Assembly (NCBI GenBank): GCA_013239625.1
Contig: MU056756.1
Span: 806,001 to 870,000, forward strand
Direction of reading: 5' to 3'
DNA length: 64,000 nucleotides
Source: Lama guanicoe
Taxonomy: Eukaryota
Part shown: one piece after another, positions 1-10,500 of the stretch
Layout of the letters: each line of letters starts with the position of its first letter
Position numbering within the stretch: position 1 is the first letter of the stretch
Program-made: the position numbers and the translations under genes
Notes under the pieces: model-generated
The model's database searches: none
The model's input: only the letters and a program-made list of their open reading frames with translations
Told to the model about the DNA's origin: nothing

Positions 1-3000
1 TGTGCACAGATGTCACCCTCCTGGGTGACATGAGAGGTGGGCCCCAGCAGTGCTCGCAGGAAGGGCCGGGACCAAGCCAGTGAGCGGCGCCCAGTCCCCT
101 GAGCTTGAGGACAGGCTCACGTTTCATTTCGGTTTCATGATTCCCGAACGTGTTAGGAGCGTCCGTGGGTGGAAGGCGGGCCGGTGCCCAGTCAGACGCT
201 GGGATGGAAGCTTGGCTCCATCACCGGGCACCGGGCTGGGGGGTTCTCGTCACCTCCTGAGACTCAGTTTCCTCGCAGGAGGAGGTCGGGAATGGGAGGA
301 GGTATCTCGAGTGTGTCAGTTCAGTCACAGCTGTGGAAAGCACCAAAAACGCGTGTGTGTGGACCCGGGCGACTCCGCGTCTTTGGTATTTGAGGACGAT
401 CGGTGCTCAGAGAGGGGTGTTGCCTCCGGTGGCTTTGGACTCGGTCTCGAGTTTGGGCACTTTGAGTGCTTGAAAGCCGTCACCTCCTCCAGCCCTCAGT
501 CCCCACAAAGCAAGCAGAAGCCAAGAGCTGTGTGGGTGGTGGGGTCCGCGCAGGACTCCAGGCCCCAGCACCCCGCCCCGGGTGCACCCCAGAACCCGTG
601 CTGGGGGACGGCTGTTCTCCTTGCCTCTCGGGGGGGGGGCGGTCGTTTCCCTGAGAAGGAGAAAGTGTGGGGAGACCGTGCAGACCACCGCTGCCGCCCT
701 CTAGTCGTGGTGTCTCCCCAGCGCAGCTGGCCACGTTCTCTCTGTGGTCCTCACGTTGCCTGGCGACCCTCAGGATGCAGCTTCGGACCCTGTGCTGAGC
801 CTGCAGACAGCTCGCTTCCAAGAGGTGTGCTCACCCCCGTCTGCAGGCGATCTCCCGGGCGGGGTCAGGGACAGCTGGGAATGTCCTGGAATTCGAGGTC
901 CAGGGGGCAGAACCCAAATGAGTGCCCTGGGCGTGGGCTCGGGCTGTGTGGTGGCCCTGCGGGCACTCCCGGGGCGGGGTCAGAGGCACGGAAGACGGGG
1001 TTTGCTACCATCCCAGGAGCAGGCGTCTGAGATGTTTCTGTCCTTGAAATGCTACGGTTCCCTGGTCCAGGCTTGGCGGGCATGCGGCAGGTGCTCCAGG
1101 TGTGCAGGGCAAACAACGGGGAGAGTCCTGAAGCCCCCGGGTTGCTGGCCCCCCCATGACTGTCCTTCAGTGACAGCGAGCACCGGGGGACGAGTGCCTG
1201 CTTGCTGCCACCTTGTCTTGAGGGGATGTGGGAGCAGTAAGTCTGCCCTCGGAGCAGGGGGCCCCGGAAACGTGTCCACCTGACTCTGGCCCACGTCCCT
1301 CCTCTGTTCAAAGTGTCTGCTCCCAGCGGGAAGTGTGAGGACTTGCAGGTCACACAGGCTCCTGTCACACCATCCCCTAGACACGCCGGGTGTGGCCCGT
1401 GCACGGAGCGCTGAACTGCACAGTGCAGACCAGTTAAAGGTACACGGTCACCAGCTGTGGGCACCGCTGACCTTTCCCAACCCTTCCACGTTCAAAACAA
1501 GAGCAGCATCTTGTCAAGTGGGGGCCGCCTCTTTTGGGGGTGCTGGCTGCCACAGTTTAAATGTGTCAAGATAGCTTATCCTCTCCTGTCACCCAGGCCA
1601 CTCTTGGACCCTGCCCTCTGCCAAGAAATGCAGAGAGATTTGAAGGGTAACAACACAGATGTAGGTAAATATTGTGACAGGGCAGGGACACCAGGGCAGT
1701 GGCAGCCACGGGGATTGCTCTGGGCATTCTGGTGTGGCTGACTTTCCCTGCATTTGGGCAGGTGCCTCGGAGAAGGTGTCTCGGAGACAAAACTGGTTCA
1801 GAGTGGTGACATCTGCCCCCAGCACGCCCGCTCCGAGAGCTTTCCCCAGCACAGGGAGGCACTCCAGGGACAGCAAATGGAATGTGTACCGTTATGAGCG
1901 AGAAGCTTTTCTTCATGATTCACCTTGAGTCACTCGTTAGCAGACCCACTGAGCTGCAGCTGGGGATGTTGCAGATATTAGAGTGATCAGTACATGCTTG
2001 TGGATGCCTCCTCCTACCTGCAGAATTCAGCTTAACAGCAGCAGCAAACAGCAAGAGCATGTGGGGCCCCCCCGGTTCTGGCGGTTACTCCCCACGAAGC
2101 ACGGTGCCAAGCACTGTGTGGATCCAGGAGACTACCTGTGTTAGAGGTGCGACAGGTTAGCCCAAGGTCACACCGAAGTGTGGAGTCAGTAGGTCTGTCA
2201 GATGTCACAGCCTGTGCACTTGACCTCAGCCTCATGGCGCATCCGTCGGACAGGCAGGGTGGAGGGGATGTGTGCGTCCCAGTAGGTGCAGCTTTCTGCT
2301 GCACATTTATAGTCAGTTTTATGCCACGTGCTATAGGACACACGCTGGACCCTTAGTGGATTCCTGGTGGTTGGTGGACTAGTTGGTTTTTAAGAGGGAC
2401 TTTTGAGATGAGTTAGTGTGGGAAAGTGTAAAATGCCCAGAAATAGGAGTCTGATGACCTGTGGATGGCCAGCCCTTTCCATATCGTTTTCGGGAGACCA
2501 TTTCTCCTCTGTGGCCACCGGGTCCCCTGCCCCGCCCAGCCTCCCCCGAAGAGCAGGGGTTTGGACACTGAGGATCCTCCCAAGTGCCACAGCTCTGCGA
2601 TCCTAGGGGATCACCGTCTGATGGAAACTGACTGTGAGGCACAGACTTGGGATGGGTTATGTGTTTCGGTAAGTTTTCCACCATCCGCTTAGAGGTGTGT
2701 GCGCGGGGGGAGAGTGAACTTAACGACCCATTTCAGGGCACGGCCTGGCGTTCCTGCTCCTGGTTTCCATTCTTCTGTCCCCTGGGCTGTGCCCTGGGGC
2801 CTCCTGAGGGTTCCTCCTTTAAACCAGGCAGATTATTGCAGTGTAAACACAAGTGGCGTGCGCAGGGCTCAGGCCTGGAGGGGCTCTCGAGCCCCTGCCT
2901 TTGGGAGGCTAACGCTCACAGAGAGTTAGGGGTGCTGTCCGCACGCCTTTTTCAGAAAGAGCCCGGTGCCCAGGAAGTTGGCGTTTCCTTTCCCTGGGGG

Positions 3001-3830
3001 ATCGTGTGCGGCAGAGGGCCTCCGCCCGCCCGCGCTGGCCCCCCCACGTCCCAGGCTGCTGGCCGGGTCTCAGTGACTTCTCGTTGGGGGAGAATTTAGC
3101 CGAAAAGCGCTCCCTTCCCCACGTCCCCCAGGCTGCCATGCTGGGCTCAGTCCCCACTCCTGCCCTTCCAGCCCAGCGAATCTGCAAGTAGCCGTGAGAT
3201 GTGCTTTTAGAAGGGAGGGTCTGGAAGGGTCCTGGAGACTCGTTCCTCTTCCAAGCCCCCTCCGGAGCAGCGAGAGGCTCTGACTCCTGCCGCAGACGCC
3301 GAGCCCTCCACCCGTGGTCCTGGTCTTTCCAGAGTGGCTTCTCCCGTCTCCTCTTTCGTGTCCTGAGATCCTGTGTTTTCCTGCCTCCTGCCTGCCTCCT
3401 GGGATGCCCTCCCCGCACCGCCATCTCCCCTGTCAGCTCCCCAGACGTCAGGGCTGTTCTAACACGTCACCTGCTTCAGGGCCTCCGGGGCGGCCCGCGG
3501 CCCCGCGCTGCCCTGCGTGCTCCCTCCTCGCTTCGCGGAGCCTTATCTCCTCGTCTCCTGTGCCCTCAGGGTTTGTTTACATCCCTAATCTGAGTTTTAT
3601 TTTTGTCCTTATCTCACGTGTGGCCGTGCGCAGTGCCGTGAACACACGCAGGCTTCTGTAGACGGCAGCTGAGTTTACAGTGAAGTGAGACGTGCAGCCC
3701 AAGCTTCTGATTTTGATGGACGCAAACGCGAAATGAGATCAGGTCCCAGGGAATGGGACAGGTGCCCGAGATCATTTCCTCGCACATCTCCTTCTTTTAC
3801 TTCCCTCCCCCGCCAAGAAGGTTTTTAAAA

Positions 3831-4295
3831 TTTTTTATTTTTTTCCTTTTCTCACTTGAAGTACTGTTGATCTACAGTGTGTCAGTGCAGCGAAGTGACT
3901 CAGTTATACGTGCATGTATGTATCCACGCATCTGTTCTTTATCGAGTCACTTCCATTGGAGGCTGTTACCAGACACTGGGTGTAGTTCCCTGTGCTGTCC
4001 AGTAGGACCCCGTTGGTTCTCGGTTTTACTATGTATGTTAATCTCCAAACTCCTAATTTACCCCTCCCCTGCCTGTCCCCTTTGGTAACCGTAAGTTTGT
4101 TTTTTATGTCTGAGACTCTCTGTTTTATAAATAAGCTCACTTGTATCATTTTGTAAAGATTCCACACATCAGTGATACCATGTAATATTTATCTTTCTAT
4201 GTCTGACTCACTTACTTCACTTAGTATGGCAACCCCAAGTTCGTCCATGTTGCTGCAGATGCCACTATTTCGTTCCTTTTTATGGCCGAGCAGTA
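3831..4295 (-). mobile_element. LINE-1 3' end fragment, 5'-truncated, antisense in intron 1
   Basis: T-rich tail, then L1 3' UTR-type sequence (GTTCCCTGTGCTGTCCAGTAGGACC...TTTGGTAACCGTAAGTTTG...TCTGACTCACTTACTTCACTTAGTATG); homologous to the reverse complement of the 59304-59844 copy. Confidence 0.85.
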
Positions 4296-4430
4296 AAAGG
4301 GTTTATTACTTGGAGTTGATTTCCGGCTTTGGAACAACGCAGCACGTTAGGCACTGCAGGAGCCCGACTGCTTTAGAACTTTCAGGACCTCAGCTCTGCT
4401 GTGGCTCTCTGTTCGCAGGTGAACACAAAG

Positions 4431-4537
4431 ATGTCCCTTGTCACCCTGCCTTTCTACCAGAAGAGACACAAACACTTCGACCAGTCGTACCGTAATATTC
4501 AAACAAGGTACCTCCTGGATGAGTATGCAGCGAAAAA
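4431..4537 (+). CDS. MYOM2: MYOM2 exon 2, first coding exon (exon starts at 4419), My1 head
   Basis: ttcgcag|GTGAACACAAAG ATG (A at -3); MSLVTLPFYQKRHKHFDQSYRNIQTRYLLDEYAAK; donor AA|gtaagt. Confidence 0.95.
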
Positions 4538-7500
4538 GTAAGTTGGATTTCACTGATTCGACCTGTCAAAGCTTTTTTGATTACGAGCTTCATCTGACTC
4601 ATGGCAGGAAGCTTTCTCCAGGCCCTGAGACCTGGAGGCGGACTGGTCTGGGGAGGGAGGGATTCTGGTGCCCCCAGTGCCCGTGTCCAGCGCCAGAGGG
4701 GGACACGGCGGGGCCGGCTGCACAGCAGATTGTGTTGGAGTGCCACACGGGATCCCGGCTGATCCTGGGAGATCCTGGGTAAATCTGGTAGACCCTGGGA
4801 GATCCCGGCTGATCCTGGGAGTGCCTGGTAGACTGGCTCCGAGCCCCTGGTTTATGGCACAAGGCAGGACCTTCAGAAAGTGCTCCTTGACTTCACTCCT
4901 CTTCACGCACCTTCCAGAACTGGAATCTAAAAGGTCACCGAAAGCAAGGGCTTTTTGGAAAAGACTGTCGGTGGGATGGAGTTGATGGGGACCGAGTCAA
5001 GTTCAGAGGGAGCCTGTAGCAAAGATAATTTTGCTACATTAACAATACACGTGGCAAAAAAGCAAATCTGTTCACGCCCGAGCGGCTGGGCCTCAGACGC
5101 TGGCGTGCGTGTCCCCGCACGCTATGTTTAGAAACGCCCGTGGTCCCTGTGGTGAGTTGCCATCCCGCTGACAAACAAAACCAAACATTCGCCGTGCCTC
5201 CCGGCAGCCTTGGGGAGCCTCAGATCCCTTCAGATATATATAACCGTGGCCTCGGGCCAACAGAGCTGAAGGCACTTGCTGGTCCTGAAGGGGGTGGCGG
5301 GCAGCTTGGGCTGGAAGAGCGCCCCTCGGAGGGGCGGGCTGTGCACACGGGGGTGGAGGCCACGCACAGGGATGTGGGGGGTGCATGCGTGTGTGTACGG
5401 CACGTGTGCCTGCGTGTGCCTGAGTGGAGGCGTGTGTTCTCACATGTGCAGGCTGAGCGTGTGGGCAGACGAGGGTGTGTGTGCACTGTGTTCACGTGGA
5501 TGGGAAGCACACACATGTGCCTGCCTGCCTGAGTGTGCAGATGCCTGACCTGTGCAAGGAGGGACAGTGCCGTGGTTTGTGGCGGCACATTTCTGTACTT
5601 CCCTAACACGTGCAGTTTGTCACCGTTCCCCAAGGCGTACGTCCACCCGGTCGTCCTCCCAGAAGACTGTCGCCCAGAAGTCGTCTTCCCAGAGAGCATC
5701 CAGCCAGACGGCGGAAGGAGCGACGACCTGCAGGATCTGTGCGAAGAGGGTGAGCGCCGCCCTGGAGGAGGAGGAGGCGCAGGAGACTAAGAGGAGGTAA
5801 CCCCCCACCCCCCACAGCTGTCGCCCAGACACACTGCCCGGGGATCTGGGAGGGGCTCTGCGGGTCGGAGGAAGAAGGGGGCCGTGAGCGAGCAGGGAGG
5901 GGAGCACCTGCTGCGGTGACCACATGCAATCACTTTGCCACCATCTCCATCTCGACCAACCCCAACTGGAGAGCAGGTGGGATGGACTTCTGCATCCTCA
6001 TGTGGAGACGACTCTGGACCCAGAGGACTCACATCCATGGCCTCCGTGTCGCAGCTGGACTTTGGCCTCAGGCCGCTGTCCCTCGGCCCCCAGACTCGCT
6101 ACCTTTCCCCAGAGATCAAGGTTGTCACGCTCAGAAGCATCAAGACCCAGGGGCGGGAACTGAGGCTTCTGAATGTCCTCTCACAGCCTCTTCGGTGGCT
6201 GAGGAGCAGCCCTGAGCTTTAGGCGCCGGCAGGGGGTCCAGACAGGGGCCAGTGGTCCGGGCGCAGACGGAGCGGCAGGGCCCTGCCCCCCTCGTGCTCC
6301 GCGGCTCAATGGACTCGGCTCACGGGGGCGCGTCACAGGGGTGAGGTGGAGGAGCAGGGACACCGGTCCTGGGATTGTTTCCAGCTCCTAGAGAGACAGG
6401 TGGCCCCCGCCCTCAGGCCTTTTAAGAACAAAGCAGTTAATCATCTTGTGAATGCTTCACTTTGTACCTGCAGTTTTTTCCTTACCTCCCTCTGATATTT
6501 ATTTCTAGAAATTTGTCTCTATTTCAATAAAACGCCCCAAACCAGAAGGAAGAATGAGATTTGGGTAAACAAGTTCCAGTTTGAAAGTTGCACTATGAGT
6601 AAGGAAGCTGCTTAATAAAGATACCAGCTCGCTGGAGAGACTAGCCTGTGCTTTTAAAAGTCTGAACGCTCTATTAGCTGCCTTGTGGGCACTTTGTCCT
6701 GTAAGCTGATTTTACAGCCAGATGCAGACTTCTTTTGTGAGAGTCACTGCAAAATGTGCACGTTAGGAAGTCTGGGTTTCCAGGCGTTGGGTCAGGAGAG
6801 GGTCCTCCCTCTTCTGAGGACTTCGGCCTGGGGAGTGGGAAGGCTAGAGCTCCATAACTTTGTCTTCATCCATTATACCTTGGTGTGAGCTCGTTGTATA
6901 AACGTCTTCGCCCTCAGTTTCCTGGGGTGAAGTGCGGGAAGTAAACTTGTATTAATTTGAGCGATCAGGAAGTGGGTTATTGTGATTTGTGTGGTTTCAG
7001 CCAAAAAAAAAAGTTTCTGGACAATCCTGGCTGTTGGAAACCTTCCGGGAACATGCGAAGCTGCTCTCCCGCAACAGCAAACCTGGCTCGAGAACGTATA
7101 TTGATGACTGGTGACTGACCGGGGTCTCGCTGTGTCCCTCCGCTCAGGGCAGACGGCAGGCCGTCGGGGCAGGCGCGGCGGCGGGGGTCGGCGTGTGCTG
7201 CTCTCCCCGGAGCCCAGCATCCGTGCTCTGAGAGTCTGCACTGCAGGGCCTCACGATGTTCTGTTCTCACAGCCGTGTGCACGTCTTCCCTGTGAACGAT
7301 CTTACTGAAATTAGGTCTTTCCTCCTTTAAAAGTAAATCTAAGTAATTGTGGGTTTCGGTGAGCGGGGCCAGGGTTAATGGAGATTTTATTGCAATTCCT
7401 GCTCTGTTCCTGGCCCGGGCCAGGGTGATGGGAGCCGTTAAGTGAGCCCCAGTCCTTGTCGTGACGGTTCACCGCCCTTGCTGGCCCTGGGCGTGACCGA

Positions 7501-10500
7501 CCTCCTGTGCCAGGTCCTGGTTTCACTCGCAGGACAGGTCAGTCCTTTGAGAGGATGAAGGTCTGGGATCATGAGTGTGAGCTAAGCTTGTGTCTTCATG
7601 TAAACTCCAGCAGAGCATCGCTGTGCTCTGAAGGGTCTTGGCGTGTCCTCCTGGCAGACACGGCGGATTAGAAATGTCCCTTTGATGCCCCTACTTGTGT
7701 CCTGTGGAAAGTGGGCCTCCCAGCCCGGTGCAGCTGTCCGAGGGGCTCGCGATGAGGGCGGATGCAGGATGAGTGACATTCTGCACGAGAGGCCGGAGCC
7801 ATGAGACCTCACCCCAGGCCAGCAGGGACACGTCCTCCGTGTCCGGGTCACGGGGCTCGGGGCTGGGTCGGGGGAAGCAACTCCAGGCCTAGTAGTTAGT
7901 ATAAAACATTGGGGGGGGGGTGATGCTGCTGGCGAGTCCAACACACGTAGGAACCTTGCACAAGTTCCCGGTGGGACTTCGGGCCTTTCGGCTTCTCGTG
8001 ACAGTTTGTGGCACGAACAGAGGTTTGCCTTTACTGTCACTGGAAGTTCGTGGGATTCCCTGCAAACAGGGGGGCTCGTTTCCGGCAAGCCCTCTGAGGA
8101 CGGCGCTCACTGCTCCTCCGACGCGGACTCGCAGAGCAGCTCCTGTGTGTGTGGCCCCGGACGGGGAAGGGGTTGCAGCTGGTGTGATGGGTGACCTGTG
8201 ACGGGCACCGGTGCCTAAAACTCGCAGGAGCCGGTTCTCCTCCACGCAGCTCCCCTGCTCCCGGCTCTGCCGCCTGCACACTGTTCAGCCGCCTTCCCTC
8301 CCCACACAGCCCCTGCAACAGCAAGCCTCTGGCTTCGCGGGGACCTCGGGAACGCAGTGGGGAAGAGGGGAGCCGGCCGGCCTGGAGCGCGGAGGCAGCG
8401 CTGGGCCGGGGTGAGGCCCGCGGGGCTCCAGAGGTGGCCCCCATTTCTCTGGCCCCGCAGGTTAGAAGCTGAGTTGTGTATTTCAGCCTTTTTATTTTTC
8501 TAGAACACAGACTTACTTCTTATCTGCATCTGTTCATTCAAAGGGCTTCAATTCAGTCTTTGGCAACCTCCCCACACAAGTGGTTCTGTTTGCTGTCCCG
8601 CAGAGGCAGCCCGCCCACGGGGCCCGGCGTTCCCTGAAGTCTCAGATGTGGGAGCTGACCGCCAGCAGCCTCTGCCCCCAGGACCCCACCCCCGAGTCTC
8701 AAGCTCTGAAGGCAGCCGCCTCCTTGCTTTACAAACAGGGAGGCCGAGTCCTGGAGGGCTCGGCGACTCACAGCGAAGCGTAGTCTGCACTGAGCACCTG
8801 CTGGGCGCGAGCTGCCTCGTGCACAAGGGGAGAGGAGTGGTCTGGCTTCAGGGGCCGCGGACTCGCTGTGGGACGGCGCCCTGTGCCTGCCGTAGCCATG
8901 GGGACCCGCGCCCCACGCAGGGCCACTTCCAACGCCCACGCCCGGGAGTGAGCGCCCGGTGGGTGCTGGTGGCGAGGCTGCAGCCTCTGCAGGAGGAAGG
9001 CGGGCGGATGTCTGGCCACCAGTCTTGCACCCGCTTTTCCTTATAGCCCTTCACATGCGGATTTAACACGCTTGCCAACGTGCGGCTCTGGAAAGACAGA
9101 GGCCACGAGAACAGAAGTCGTGCCCACGTAGGGAAGTCCTGGGGGAGCGCGTGTCTGGTCCCAGGCCTTCTGTGACCATGTGCCCGTGGCCCGTGGCCCG
9201 GGACTGACGTGGCTGCTTGGTTCCGCAGGTACCAGTCGCTGGTGGCCGCCTACGGGGAGGCCAAGCGGGAGCGCTTCCTCCGAGAGCTGGCTCAGCTGGA
9301 GGAGGACGTGCACCTGGCTCGCTCCCACGCTCAGGACAAGCTGGACAGATTCGCCCTGCAGCACATGGTAGGGGCTCGGGGCTGCCTGGGGGACACCTGA
9401 CGGCGGGAGCCTGGCGCCCTCCGCACGCCCGACCGCTCGCCTCCCGGGACAGGTGGACGACAGGCTGGCCTGGGAGAGGCCCTCGTACGAGGAGCGGCTG
9501 AGTCGAGCGCCCGAGATCCTGGTGCGGCTGAGGTCACACACCGTGTGGGAGCGGATGCCCGTCAAGCTGTGTTTCACGGTGCAGGGCTTCCCCACTCCTG
9601 TGGTGCAGTGGTGAGTGGGGTCCCTTTGGGAGGGGGTTCCTCTGCAGCGGGCGGCTCACCTGAGCTGATGGAGAAGGTCCACCCGCCGGGGACACATGGC
9701 ACGTGACACCCATTCCACCCACCAGCGTGCTTGAAACTCTGGGAAACGCATGCACAGGCCTAGGAGCAGGCTGGGGTGGGGGTGGGGTGGACACTGGAAA
9801 TCCTGGGCAAGTGCTTTCATTTTTGGGAACCTGACCCAGCTGAGCTTCCAGAGGACTTTTGTTTACAGCCAGGCTCCCTGACGTGACCAGCGTTTCCACC
9901 GGTGGCACTGCTTTCACGCCTGTGCAGACTCGTAAGGGAGGCTCCAAGCTCCGAGGCTCCAGACCACGGAGCGAGGGTCCCTCCAGTCGCGTGATGTTGA
10001 AAAATTGAATCTCTGAGCCCCACTGACACTTCCGTTTCAGCATGTGCTTCTCAAGCTGACACCCCGTCCCTGTGTTCTCCCACTCGATGGGAGTGCTGCC
10101 GGAGTCTGCCGTTCGCCGCAGACCCACAGCCGTGCCGCCCGTGTCCCGCACGGGGCAGAGCAGAAGAGCAGAGCCCTGTTCCTCTGGCCACGCAGGCGGT
10201 GGGCTGGGGAGGCCGAGAGCCGCTCGGCCTTGGTTTTGGGGAGCTGCAGTCCTGCTGCCCTGGGGGACGGCGAGGGCAGCATCCTCCAGGCAGGATCCGG
10301 TGGGGTTGGGTCCCACAGAACCCTCCACACGCGTCGCAGCTCCGCTGTGGCCTCGGGAGGCTGCCCCAGGGCCTCCCCGACATTGGCTCCATTTTTTCTA
10401 TGGAAGGACATGACCTTGGTTCCTAACAGGTTCAGGGGGACCGCTGGCCCAGGCTCCGTCGGAGTTCAGGATTGCCCAGGGGTCTGCATCTTGCCGGAGC

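Noticed and set aside
50-1030. 326-aa ORF, and other long non-exonic ORFs such as 14052-15059, 9534-10328, 41788-42579 and 38036-38863
   Set aside because: Low-complexity Gly/Pro/Arg/Ser translations with no recognisable domain, often with non-ATG starts; expected from stop-codon scarcity in GC-rich DNA.
1-4418. MYOM2 exon 1 and promoter
   Set aside because: No convincing TATA/MEF2 promoter with a first-exon donor was recognised; this is probably intron 1 with exon 1 upstream, but I cannot exclude it lying here.
5747-5755. Cryptic donor AGG|GTGAGC inside exon 3
   Set aside because: It is imposed by the R-V-S codons, and its use would frameshift into exon 4; no supporting evidence.
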